Of a stretch of 64,000 nt of DNA, positions 49,511 to 62,249 are shown piece by piece. The stretch lies in assembly GCF_009834535.1 (NCBI RefSeq), contig NC_045697.1, positions 14,324,001-14,388,000 on the forward strand, read 5' to 3'. The translations under genes were made by a program, and so were the position numbers. The stretch's first letter is position 1; each line of letters starts with the position of its first letter. The notes under the pieces were generated by a model, which worked only from the letters and a program-made list of their open reading frames with translations, was not told where the DNA came from and made no database searches. This DNA is from Camelus ferus. Lineage: Eukaryota.

Positions 49511-50513
49511 AGAGGGAAGATATACTGGAAGAACTTCAAGTAAAAAAATTAATTTGGGTTGTTTTGTGAAGGAACTTGGCTGACAGGCTAAGTTTATGTT
49601 TTTAAACAAGGAATTAATGCTATCAAATTTGTAGTTTTGAAAGTATAACTCTGGTAACAGGATGGCTTAGAGACAGTGGAGAGAATTAAGGAAAGCAGTT
49701 AACGTTTTGTAACAGATGAGGGCTTGATCCAGAATCCGGCCCTGGGCATGGTGCAGGTAATACTGATGAGTAAGGCGTGGTCCCTTCCTCAAGATGCTTG
49801 CAATCTGGTGAATGAAGATCCAATAAATCATACAGAGGTGGAGAAGTTAAAGAAGTGGCTAGCCGAGTGCACGGGCTGGGGATAAACAGATACTGAACTT
49901 GGCAGAGCTATAGGGACCAAGGGAAGATTAAGTTCCCAGATGAGGACAGACCGAGTGAAAGGTCGTTGAATTGGATCAGAGTTGGGTGATGCTGCGTCCT
50001 TTTCACTGGTCGGACTAGAATCCAGACTCCGCAGACTTGAGTGAGTGAGTGGTGAGAAAATGAAAACAGAGATTACTGATTCTGTTTTGGAGACTTTGTT
50101 CATGAAAAGACAGTCAGAGCTAGGAGAGCAGCTTAATGCCGTGACAGGGCTAAGGAAAGGCTTGGTTTTGCTTTTGTTTTGATTGATTCTTATATAGGAT
50201 ACTGGAATATATTTGAAGGAAAAGGAGATAGAGAAGTTGAAAGCTGAAGTGATCATTGATGGGGTAAAGAGAAAGAAAGAAGAAATGGGATCAAGAGGGG
50301 TGGGCAGGTGGAGAATCTGGCCTCGGCAAGGAAGAGATCAGAAAACTGAAGAGGACCAGTGACTGCACAAGGCACTTTTGAGGTGGGGAGGGAGCAGCAG
50401 GAGAAAGAGAAGCAAGGATGAGGAAAAGGAGTTCCACACTGTAGGTGCCACCCAGTAGCCATACTACACCTTCTTCCTTGGTTTGTAGGGACCAAATGTG
50501 TAAATTTAGTTCA

Positions 50514-51000
50514 TGTGGCAATGTGCTTAGGGACGGTTTGTCCCACCCCTAAATCCCAGAGGAGGATCCATGATTGATCTAAACTCAGCATGGCGATCCC
50601 ATTGCCTTCTGTTCAAGACTGATTTGGGGGGGAGTGCAAATGAGCAAGTTTGGGTCAAATATATATCAAGAAGGTCTCTGCTGATGATACTTTTGGAAAT
50701 TGCTTTGCTCTATGATAGATAGGTTTCCTTCCTGGAGCTTGGAGTGTGAAGACATGATGCTTGGGATGAGGGAGCCATCTTATCACCACGAGTAGAACCC
50801 GAGGACCAAAAGTTAACCATGAGTTAAATGCTCAGGGTGGAGGAGGAGAAATCTGAGTCTGATGATAATACCGAGCAACTGTGTTACCTCTGGAGCTCTG
50901 TACCTCCAATTTCCTGCTTGGAGAGATATTTCTATTTTTCATTGTTTAAATCACAATCATTTGAGTTTTCTGATACTTTCAGTCAAAATTACACGTAAGC
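50514..51000 (+). mobile_element. Old MLT1 (J/K/L-like) LTR
   Basis: catgattgatctaaactcagcatggcgatcccatt...gagccatcttatcaccacgag...ttgtttaaatcac...gagttttctgatactttcagtcaaa. Confidence 0.6.
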
Positions 51001-51369
51001 AACTTTAGGAAAATTTGTCTCTATCTTTGCATTAAAGTAAAAGAGGAAGTCATCTGCTAAGAGGGTTGGAGGCACATCTGGGGTTGGATTTGGGAAACAT
51101 GAAACTTATCTGGAGCTACCGTTGAGAAGACTGGTAGCTAATGAAATAAACCAAAGGAAGGAAGCAAAAAAAAGCATACCCACAATAAAGGGAAACTGGG
51201 TGTAGTCAAAATGGCTTTGCAACATTTCCAGCCTCCCCAGGAAGGGGCAAAAGAGGAGAAAGTCTGTATTGAGGATGAGTTAAAGGGGTCGATAGGGGAG
51301 CAAAGGCAATGTGGAAACATCCCATGAAGGAGTCAAATCAGTCTGAGTCGGTGCTGGATCACATCATAG

Positions 51370-51530
51370 AACATGTTTCGGCTTCAGTTTCATCATCACT
51401 AAAATGGAAATAAAAACAGCACCTAGCTCTTAGGTTTTGGTGAGGACAAAGTGAGACAGTATGTGTAACTGATTTCATCTTGTATCTAACATATTTTAAG
51501 TACCCAATACTTATGTGCTAGTAATTAAGC
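51370..51530 (+). mobile_element. MIR fragment
   Basis: cttcagttttcatcatcactaaaatggaaataaaaacagcacctagctcttaggttttggtgaggacaaagtgag. Confidence 0.75.
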
Positions 51531-52019
51531 TCTGAGCTCCCATCAAAGCCAGGAGAGCACCAAAAGCCCCCCACACATCAGAAATAATGTCAAATAATAA
51601 CTTCTGAGTGCATTACACATAGGTTTTAATCAGCAAGCTGTATAAAAACTCCACGCACCATGCATGTTAGTAAGTTTCTCCAAAGTTGAATTAAGGAAGA
51701 AGGAAAATATTTCTGGCACAAAACAACTTAGGTACCTTAACAAGACAAACTCCAAATAAATTGGCTGCTGCATCATCCACTGATTATTTGCCAATAATTT
51801 TTTTCAGCCTGCACATGCTCTTGATTTAGCTGGGCCAGCGAGCTGCTGTGGGTGTGTCAGTCATCTTGTCACTGGTCTGGGTGGAAAGCAAACTCAGAGG
51901 AGAGAGCTCATCAAGGATCCAGCTCTCCATGTAACTGCCGGGCAGGTCCAGGGAACTGCAGGGCAGGACCAGGGAAATGCAGAACTTCCGCAGCTTGATT
52001 TTCTTAATTCTCTTCTCTA

Positions 52020-52183
52020 AAGCCTCCACCACATAGTGTGTTTCTGGGACAGGATCCACAGCTTCGCGTCACCTGAGAATTTACTAAAAATGCAGACTTT
52101 CAGGCCCCACCATGGGAGGATGGAAGAAGACTTGCCTTTTAATAAGACCTCCAGGTGGTTTGTATATTGTCTGAGAGGCACTG
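52020..52183. mobile_element. MER5-family hAT MITE
   Basis: gtcacctgagaatttactaaaaatgcagactttcaggccccacc...ttttaataagacctccaggtggttt...tgagaggcactg. Confidence 0.7.
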
Positions 52184-55059
52184 ATCTTAAGGACTTGTCT
52201 GAAGCCACCTTGTGTGATAGACACAGAATCACTCAGAGGCCCTTTCACTTCCTTCCATCTCTTCATGATGTTGGATGTGGGTGCCCAAGTGAGGCTCAGC
52301 TTCACAAAACCCCTCACTGCTGGGTCCCACTGAAGCAACCCTCAGTCGCCAGTGAGCCTTGCTTTCCACCACTTTGATTAAAGAGCAACAAGGCTCAAGG
52401 AACTTGCATGAACTTGGGTGCCAGACAAGCTTGCGTTTATTCCAGGCTCTGCCTCGTGTTCGTTATTTGACCCGGGACAAATGAACTCAATGCCATGACT
52501 GGGCATCCCCCACCCCAGTTCACAGACAGGAGTCTTGGGAGCCCTATTTCCAGCCATTAACTCCTGATGGCCGGCACTGACTGGGACAGAGGAGGACACT
52601 AAGGGGCATTAGGGGAGGGCACCTAGAAGAAGACTGGCCAGTTAGCTTTGCTCCCTGGAACATCTGGATTGGGAAATCAGAGACACTAGCTGTGTCTGCA
52701 GTCTTTAAGCCAAGAGGAGCTGTAGGAACACCTGGGGACATTTTCTCAGCTATGGGCTCAGAGGTGCAGAAAAAGCCAAAACAATATGACTCTAGAAAAA
52801 TGAACCTGAATTTCTGTATAGTTTTCCAACTTTGGATCCCCGTCTCTACTGTAATTCACGTGTACTTTCTGCTTTTGGGTTCCTTGAGATACCTTGTATG
52901 TATCCAGTAACCAATCTCTCCCTCTCATGATCTCTTCTTCTCTCTCTTTCCCTACACTAGCTTAAATTTTTTAAATCCCCAAAGTACTGGCCAAATGAGT
53001 AAATGGCAGTTGTAATTATTATTATTACCACTATTAGATTATTGGCATCATTATTATTATGAGAATAACTCCTACACCAGCCTATCCTTTCATTCAAATG
53101 TAGTAGTTGATAATTAATCTTCGGAACGATAAGAAAACCAACCATCTGAATACAGGGAAAAATAAAATACTGTCTTCACATATGTTTACATATTTACGGA
53201 TGTACTGATGTTCAAAGAATTAACTAAAAAGTAAGGATGCCGACCATCACTGAGCATGACGGCAGCTGAAGTTCAAGAGCACATTTTATACGTTTACTGG
53301 GGAGAGACGAGTTGTCTCAGCCTTCAGGACTGAGACAACTCCATCTCATAAAGTGCCAGATTATCTCAGATTTCACAGAAGCCCTAACTAAAGTCAGGAA
53401 CGTAAACACAGTGACCTAGGGAACAAAACTAGCAAGTTATAAAATGAAGGAGTCTAGGTCCCACTTGCTACCATGGTGCTTATATAACAGCTTAGGTCCA
53501 AGCCAGCAGAACCTTATCTCAGCTGGCAGCCAACCCCAGAAACCTATCTGTTACACTAATCTGAATCTCTTCCTGAGATACTGACTTACTGAAAACCTCA
53601 AACTATTTTCATCAAAAGATTGAGCACTGAATGTATAAAATACTCAACGTTGTCTAGTGGAAGATGTTTTATTATCCTTAGTGTGAATGCTAAAAAATAA
53701 TAACCCACATTTGGATGGCAAGACTCACCAAGCCACTTTTCAAAACACAGCGTTCTGTTAAGCATCATTTCCTATGTTTCAGCACTGAGATGTGTGACAC
53801 TTTAAGAGGTGCAATACGTTCCCCGAGGTTTCTAGCTTGCCCTCTACAATCACACTGTTGTGGCAAATACGGATAGTTCTGCTCAGCGAACGCACTTGGA
53901 AATGCTCTTAAAGGTCACCGGGTAGAAGGCAGAGACATTCCCAAGACGCTGTCTGACTGAAATTTCACACGCTCCTAGAAGCATGCTTTCCTAGAAGGTG
54001 GGGAGAATGCTTTCAGGAGAAGCTGCCTCTTATTCAGAGCTGTGACTGGCAAGAAGTGGAGGGCATCAAGGCCACTTCCCAACAAAGCTAGCTCTGTAAA
54101 GGAGCAGGTCCAGGGTCAGACGATTCCGGTTGCCATGGAACAAGAAATCAAATTTCCCACCCCTGGTAGGCGCCTTGCTTCCAAGCACGACTCAGCGTTA
54201 TTATGACCTTCTGGTATACTGAACTGAGGGGATGTTTCCAAAGGAGACTAGTCCTCAGATGGAGGACCCTTTAGCTGTCCTCTCATCTGGAGGACTTAGT
54301 AACTCAGCCATTTTGCCTTCAAGCAAGGGCAGATTTTTATTTTGAAAATAACTGGAGTTTTCGCCACTTGAAAGTTTTAAGTAAAACTGAAAACATTGTG
54401 GAGGTTGCATGAACCATTTGGATTCCTCTCAAGTTGGCACAGAGCTACCGACAGGGACCCTAGAATGACCTGTGCATCTTCTCCAGACAGGGTCAGCTCC
54501 AGCGCTCGGTCAGCCACTCTCCATTTCTTTTGGAAACTGAATTCGTGTTGGCCAGGGAGACTTAAACATTGGGCTGTCTAAATAATTCTATGCGGAAGCA
54601 GAAATTCATGCTCTGACATTCAGGCGGATTTTACGGAGAGTAGTAATTTACAGGCATTAAAGTAGTTTTAACGAAGAAGGAAACAGTCAATATTTTATTC
54701 ATTCCAAATATGAACCAACCCACATTAGGCCAGGAAATCTTTCTGCTGAGAAAATACTGTCACAGAGGCTCAACCAGTCACTAGAAGAGGAAGGAGGGTT
54801 CATAAGAGACTGCAGAGTTTACACGGGTCGGTCAGAATTTTAATGGTGGTACGTTCCGAGCCTTCGCGGAGCCTATGGAACTATCCTAAGCCTTTTCTTT
54901 CTAAAAAGAGTCGTTTACCTCAAGTCAGGTTTCTAGGCGGATTTCAAATTCTGCCTGTAAGAAAAATTCCTAAACTCTTATTGTGAATATAAACCCCATG
55001 GTATTAAATATCCTCTTTAAATGCCAATTGATGCCTCTTTGCCATGAGTCCTACACTTG

Positions 55060-56050
55060 ACATAAACCCGACTCCATGATCCTACCATGTCTGGTCACGT
55101 GTCCTTCCAACGGCTGCAATGTCCCTTCCTGTCTAGGAAATGCTCTGTGATCTTTCAAGTCTTGATTCAGATGTCACATTCCCCAGACCCCCTTTCCACG
55201 CTTCTCGCCCTGCCTGGCAAGCTTAATCGTTCTCACTTCCTCCTACCTTAACAGTCTATTATTTTTGGATATTTACCACGTGTCAGGTAACTGGCTAATC
55301 CTTATGTATCTACTGTCTCATTTAATCCTCACAAAGAATTTATGATACCTCTGGGCTCTATCATTATCTCATTTTACAGTTGAGGCAACAACGTTACACA
55401 GAAACTGACAAAGCTGGCACTCAGACTACACTACGCTGATCTATTTCCTTATCACTTTAAATTCATTGAGGACTGAAGACTCAAAGATGAGGGGACACAG
55501 CACCTGCCCTCACATATGGAAAAGAAATGGACACATAAACCGTCTACACAGTGTAACCGTGTCATAAGAGAGGTGCCAGGATGGTCTGGGAGGTTGGGGG
55601 AGGACAGAGGAGACTTCACCAGCATCTGAGACTTGGAGTAATCAATGGAGTGCCTGAGTTAAAAGAATCAAATTACAAAGTTGGTAAGAGAACATGTCTC
55701 ACGCTCTGAGAAGGATGTCTAGTTCTGTAGGACTAGAGCATAAAATACGAGGCAGAGAGCGACAGGGAATGAGAGTGGAAATACAGGAAAAGGTCAAATC
55801 TTGAAGGACTTTGAATGCCATGCAAAGGGATTTAAATTCTATGTAAAATAAAAGACTAGAGAGTCATTGAAGACCTTAAGCAGAATTAGCATCAATAGAT
55901 TTGTTATTTATAAAAATTACTTTAACAAAAGCATAGTGGATGGATTGCTGAAGGTGAGACTAGAAATAAGGAAGTTAATTAAGATATTGCAAAAGTTAAA
56001 TCCTTAAGGTTGAGCAGGGGGAGTGGCAGTGGAAAGCAAATACAAATTTG
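55060..56050. mobile_element. Cluster of L2 (+, about 55060-55250), MIR (-, about 55255-55450) and L2 (-, about 55460-56050) fragments
   Basis: tctttcaagtcttgattcagatgtcac; tctcatttaatcctcacaa...ctcattttacagttgagg; ggtcaaatcttgaaggactttgaatgccatgcaaagggatttaaattct. Confidence 0.6.
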
Positions 56051-56064
56051 AGAGCACAGAAAAC

Positions 56065-56345
56065 ACAGATGGTGGTTAAGAGCACATATCCTAGGCTGAC
56101 TGCTTAAGCATGAATCTAGCTCTGGCACTTCTTAACGATGTTCTTAGGTAACCCCACAATCTGTGCTGGAGTTTCCTCATCTGTAACATTGAGATAATAA
56201 TGATATGTATTTCACGGTTGTGTTGTGCCTATTAATAAAAAAGACACTTTGTATTTATTATAAGACACATTATTGTTGAACATTATTGTACAACATTATT
56301 GTACAGTTAATGCAAAGTGCTTAAAACAGTGCTGGGCACAAAGAA
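56065..56345 (+). mobile_element. MIR SINE with an internal AT-rich tandem insertion
   Basis: gtggttaagagcac...gctctggcactt...gtttcctcatctgtaacattgagataataa...aaagtgcttaaaacagtgctgggcaca. Confidence 0.85.
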
Positions 56346-57059
56346 AAGGTTATGCAAGAGATATCTGGAAACTGAAAAGTATATATACTTTTTCCTAATC
56401 TTCACAGTGGGCAAAATTAGCTACTTTTCTTGTTGTAAAATGGCATCCTGAAGCAAATTTAATTTGCTTGAAATGAAATTCAGACTAAGAAAGCACAAAA
56501 ATTAGCCTGGTGTAGAATTGCAAATTTGCATAGAAAGTGAAAATGGGATACGATAATAGTTTAATTTTTTGCAGTCCTTTTGAGGTCTTGTCGTGGCATG
56601 GTGTGATGACTTTGGAGGTAGAGCATTCCAGAATAAGGAGCCTTGTCACGTGTTACTGGCTTTCATAATTGTTTTTTTTTTCTTCTTACTACTACCAATG
56701 CAGATAAAAGTGATGTATAACCACAGATCATCCAGTTCTCAAGAATTACTGACACTTAATTAAATATATCATTAGCTTTCACTTGGTTAGAGCCTGTATT
56801 TGAAATATTTGACTTCTGCATTTCATATGCTCTGAGGATTTCAATTTGTCTTAAAGCAAAATATAAGAACATGAACTAAAGAATATTTTCCTTGTAACTG
56901 TGTGTTGGACTCAGACTTTCATTAGTATCTTATCTCATTCCTCAGGGTAAACTTCAGAAGCAGACAGAATGCCTTGACTCAAGAACTTGAGAAATTTGGT
57001 CTCACTGACAGAAAACAGAGTCAGGAAAGCATTCATTTCAGCAATGAATTACCTTTGTT

Positions 57060-58370
57060 GGTTTTCTGTTTTACTTGTAAGATCTGGTGTTGGGATGGAG
57101 ACTAAATTCTGAGTAGAAGATAGAAGCCTGTAGACTGATTAGAACATTTTTGACTACTTCATAAGACGGATGATACAGACTTGAGCTATGATATACAGGA
57201 CCAAACTGAAGAGAAGGGGATAAATTCGAGGAAAAAATTGACAAAACCTGATGGCTGATTGGATAAGGGTCATTAAGGAAAACAAAGGGGCAAAGATGAT
57301 CCCAGATTTCTAGGCTGAGTAATTGCATGGATAAACATGGACCTAAAAAATATAAAATGCAGGAGAAAATGCAGCTTTGGGTTGTTATGAAAAATGGTAT
57401 ATTTAGTTTTGAATATATTGAATTCAGAGGGTCTATGCCAGAGTTAGGTAGACGTGCCAAGCAGATAATGGGACAGCTTAAGTGAGACATGGGCTGGAGG
57501 TATGGATTTGAGATTTACTGACATAGGTGGTAATGGTTCTATGAACATGGATGTGCTCCTCTTAGGAGAATGCAAATTAAAAAGAACAATTGGTCAAGGA
57601 CAAAACCCCAAGGAAAAACAGTGTTTAAAAGATGTGTGTAGGAGAAAGAAATCCTTGAAGATGAAAGAATTCTGGATTAGACGGAAAGAACACAAGAAAA
57701 ATCAAGAGAGTAGAAAATATTTTCAAGGGGGTGGGGGAGAATATCTCTTCTATCATGTGACATGTCCAATAAGATAAATAATGAAATGCTTCCATTATAT
57801 TTTTAAAATAGCAAGCTATTTAAAAAGTATTTTATTCAGGGTAGTTTCAGTGCGATGTTAGGGATAGAAGCCACATCGTAGAGTGCTGAGAAACTACCCA
57901 TAGGTAATGATGTGAAGACAGGGAGAGTAAATCCAACCCCCAGAGCTTCTGATGAGAAGAGGAAAAGAGTGACAGCGTGGTCGGGCCCACTTTGGAAAAC
58001 TCTGGACCATGGGGGGAGATACTTTGGGATCAGGAAGGCTATTTGCCTAAAAAGAAGAAGTTGACAGAGAGTGGGCAGTTTCAGAGTCAAAAGAGAAAGT
58101 GGTGACTGCAGGAAAATGTCTTGGAATGAATGCTTAGGGCCCAGGTATATGAATTAACTTTGAACAGGAAGAAAATTCTTTCCTATCAGAGCCTGGAGGA
58201 AAGGAACCAGAGAAATAAAGGATAGTACTGTGCAGCTTTAGTAGGGGGGTAGAAAACTATGAGTTTTAACACCGGATGGTGTCAATGTTCTAACTGAGGC
58301 AACAAACAGAATCTAAAGTCAAACAGTGGAGATGTTTAGTTGAGGGGCTGAAGAGAAGTGGGAAATGTTG
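57060..58370 (-). mobile_element. Long decayed L2 fragment
   Basis: gatgatcccagatttctaggctgagtaattg...tttagttttgaatatattgaatt...gggctggaggtatggatttgaga...gggtagtttcagtg...gaagccacat. Confidence 0.7.
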
Positions 58371-58661
58371 GTAGAGGCTGTGGTAGATCTCCATCGATGG
58401 CCACCATCAGTTTCTCCTCTCCCTGTGAGCACATGCTACTCCACACGGCAAGAAGTAGAAATTATTTCCCATTCTCTGGAATTTGGGAAGACCGTATGAC
58501 TTGTTTTGGTCAACAGGACACAACAGAAATGATGTTATGCCAACTATTGATTTAGCTTTTACAAGCACTGGTAGATTCTGTGTCCTCTCTTGGAAGCCAG
58601 CTACCATGTAAGAGGTTCAACAGCTCTGAAATTATCATATTGTGAGAAAACCCAAACTGGC

Positions 58662-59408
58662 TGTATTACTTTGTTAGATCCGATCTGCAATAATAAAATA
58701 CCAACTGGGTGATTGAAGCAAGAGAAATTTATTTTCTCACAATTCTGGCAGCTAGGGGTCCAGGTTCAAGGTGCTCACAGGGTGGTTTCCTCTGAAGCCA
58801 TCTCTACCTGATAGCCATCAGCTATCTCTCCTTGACTTGCAGATAGCTGCCCTCTTGCTGCCTTTGCACATGGCTATTTTCCTGTGCATGTGCACCCCTG
58901 TTGTCTCTTCCTCTTCCTCTTCTTATAAGGACATTAATTATATTGGATTACGGCTCCATCCTAATGCCCTCATTTAACCTAATCGCCTCTTTAAAGACAC
59001 TAATGAACTCATCTACAAAACAGAAACAGACATAATTAACAATCTTATGGTTACCAGGGAAGGGGGGTGGGAAGGAATAAATCTGGGAGTTTGAGATTTG
59101 CAAATGTTAATCACTATATATAAAAATAGATAAAAAAACAAATTTCCTCTGTATAGTACAGGGAAATATAGTCAATATCTTATAGTAACTTTTAATGAAA
59201 AAGAATATGAAAACAACTATATGTATGCATATGCATGACTGGGACACTATGCTGTACACCTGAAATCAACACATTATAACTAACTGTACTTCAGTTAAAA
59301 AAAATACCTTATGTATGAATAGGATCACATTCTGAGATACTGCATGTTGGAACTTCAATATATAAATTTTGTGGTGGGGTAGGTGTGGTGAACCAATTCA
59401 ACACATAG
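58662..59408 (-). mobile_element. MLT1A/B-like LTR, itself split by a young L1 3' end
   Basis: tgtattac...aaatttattttctcacaattctggcagctag...tcttataaggacattaattatattggatta...ctcatttaacctaatcgcctctttaaagac | ...tcacattctgagatactg...acttcaatatataaattttg. Confidence 0.82.
58993..59304 (+). mobile_element. Young 5'-truncated artiodactyl/camelid-type L1 3'UTR with poly(A)
   Basis: aatgaactcatctacaaaacagaaacagac...ttatggttacc...ataaatctgggagtttgagatttgca...ctgtatagtacagggaa...atgctgtacacctgaaat...actgtacttcagttaaaaaaaa. Confidence 0.88.
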
Positions 59409-61149
59409 ATCTTGGGAGGGAGAGAGATTCTCAACCAGTCCTCATTTGTTCCAACCTTCCCTGCTGGAGAATCAATTTGTGAGTCAAGAAGCTATCTTGG
59501 AGACTAGACGCTATGTACAAGGAAGAACTTCATACCTGAGCCCTACCCAGTTTGAAGAATGGTGAGAATCCAAAGTCTCAATCTAGAGCATCGTAATCTT
59601 AAACTCTATGCTTCCTTGTGGTTTTAACCACTAAATTTTAGGGCAGTTTGTTATGCAGCAATAGCTAACTAAAACAAATACCAAAGCTAACAGGGGTTGA
59701 CTAAGAATAAGTCACAGGACTGGTAGACAGTGTGATGATCTATCTATCAGTCATTAATCAGAACTTTGTAAAATACAAATAGAATCACCCTTTACATAAG
59801 GCCATTGCCACATATAGAGTAAAGCTGTGCCAACTCTGTGACCAATTTCATGCTGTAGGCATGCCCTTCTGTTTGGAATTCACACACAACACCCAGACAT
59901 CTACATCTCTTGATGGAACTAAACTGGACATGCGAAATAATTTTTAAAAAACCCACCTAGCTTGTGGGACTGCTGTTCATATTACAGTAATAAAATAACC
60001 TGCTACCACCACTGGCCTCTGGTATAGTTGAGGCATGTAAGATACAAGCAGAGCTGACTGAGCATATTTGTTTCTCTCTGGATTTACCTTACGTAATTTG
60101 TGAAACAGAGAGAATTGGAAACTACAATTTCCCCCTGCCCTTATAACATTCTGCATGTCTCTTGGAAAATACATGAATCTGAAACTTTAAAAACTACAGA
60201 AAGTCCAATGGTGTCAGTTTAAGTAATTCTGTGAGAAGAGCCATATTATTGAAGGGATTAACATTAAGTAATGTACAGAGGCCCAATATTCTAGTAAAAT
60301 CAGGACCTTCTACATCAAAGGGTAGAAGACTTGGAACTGTCCAGTTTACCCGTTTCTCTGCATCCTAATCGAAGCTCCAGCACATTTCCCAGAGACGAAT
60401 CACTTGTTCTCTTTTTATCTCTTTTGTTTTCTAAGCAATATGTGCTCCCGCTTCCTCTACTTGATTCTTTATTTTCTTAGGCACCTTTAATACACACCCA
60501 CAAACACACCCACCCCTTCACCTACCTCCCCGCACAGATAGATTTGTGATGTACGAATGCTGCACACGAGGAATAAGGAATTATAATTAGGCACTTGGAG
60601 AGAGTTGAGAAATAAGAGAAATGGGTTTTTTTAATTACCAGACTTGCTGGGAAGGAGACAATATCCTAAAGAAAATAGATATTAGAACCCTCCCTGACTG
60701 TCTTTTTTGTTATTGTCTCTAGGTTGGTTGTGCTGGTGAGGACAGGGGTAGAGAGAGGGCAAAAATCAAGACGAGATTAGAGTAAGTATTTTTAAAATGT
60801 GTGAGAGTTCATCTTCAAAACATTGTGAAATTTATCTTTTCTGAGTTAAAGGTGAGAGTTGAGTCTTCGTGCATTGGGCCAGTGGCACAAATTCCGAGAC
60901 ACAAACTAAGCTCTGTCTTCTTTGCCTTTAGATCACAGAAACAAGGGGAGGGGCCTGGCCCTTGCCACACGTTTTGCTGTATTTTTATTGTGACTGCTAC
61001 CATACTCATTTCTCATTACAATAACAGCGCATCACAATTCACTTTTGTTATTGCCATGGTATTGCCTCTGTTTATCGTCCTTGCGAGTCTCAAGCTTGAA
61101 CTACTGCAGTAGGTATCAGGCTGGTCTAACAGCTTCTGTTTCTCATTCT

Positions 61150-61640
61150 TCTTTCTCTGCTCTGTCAGGGTGATATTTCTAAAACATAAATCTGACCTAT
61201 CCAGTGCATGTTCCCGTGATGATCTCATCTAGCCTCATGGAGATAAATATGATTTAGATTTTGAGGTCACTGATACTTATTTCCCAGCCTAGCCCTCTCT
61301 CCCTGAACTCCAGACAGATAATACGCTACTGCCTCTTCCCTAAGTCCCTGGATGGCTACAAGGCATCCTAAATCCCCACAGAAGGTGGGGAATCTTCCTG
61401 TCCAAAGGTGGTCCTGATCTTCCTCTCCAAAGGTGGTCCTCCTTCAATTTTTTAAAAATGCCAATTTATTCTCCTGATTGCTTAAAGAAATAGGTCACAG
61501 TCACCTTTGAACAGGGACTGAGATACAGAGAGGCTAAGTGACATCTTAAAGTTCACGAGTAAGTGTGTAGTAGAGTCAAGATGTGAACCCAGGCAGTCTG
61601 ACCCCAGAATCTATATTCTACACCTTTACACTAGGCTGCT
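61150..61640. mobile_element. L2 fragments (+, about 61150-61500) followed by MIR (-, about 61510-61640)
   Basis: gatgatctcatctagcctcatgg...cccagcctagccctctctccctgaactccagac; ggactgagatacagagaggctaagtgac...gtagagtcaagatgtgaacccaggcagtctgaccccaga. Confidence 0.7.
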
Positions 61641-62249
61641 TCTCTATCTTATAAACCCCTCTGCATGGAATCTGGAATTTCACATGGCACCAGTATGACA
61701 AATATCAACTGCTCACCCTAGGGCAGGCTTGCTAGATCAAATTAGAATTATAAATTCTGGTTCTACCTGGTTGTGATACAAAAGAGCTGAAAATTCCCTT
61801 TGTTCAGGGCCAAGATTTTTTTTTAAATTTATTTTCACTCTCCTTGTTTTTTTTAAAGAAATTTTTTGTGTTCTTACTGGGATATTAGGCTGGGATTTTT
61901 GAGATGGAAACTCAAATGTGTCTGTAATAATTTTGTCTCAGCTACTAATTAGCTGTATAACCTTAGGAAGATCCTAAAGCTCTTGATGTTATGATCATTC
62001 TGCTCCAAAAAATGCCATACATGCAATAGATGGTCCAGGCTCTGTAGTAAAAAGGTAGAAAAATAAATAACAAGTTACAGTGTCCTTTTACTGCCCGAGG
62101 GCAAAAGTCACATCTATTTCCTTACTATTCACTTTTCAGGAGTTTAGAGCAGTTCCATTTTCTGCAGAAACTTAATATGTGTGAATTGTTGATTGAGGAT
62201 TTCATGATTTGGTATGTCGTATGGACAAAGTGACTTAAAATTCCACAGG

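Larger units (their letters stand above)
58379..59676 (+). mobile_element. MLT1G/H-like LTR split by a nested MLT1A/B (halves about 58379-58661 and 59410-59676)
   Basis: tgtggtagat...gatggccacca...tgacttgttttggtcaacagga...ggaagccagctaccatgtaagagg...gtgagaaaacccaaactggc. Ends ttgttatgcagcaatagctaactaaaaca. Confidence 0.78.
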
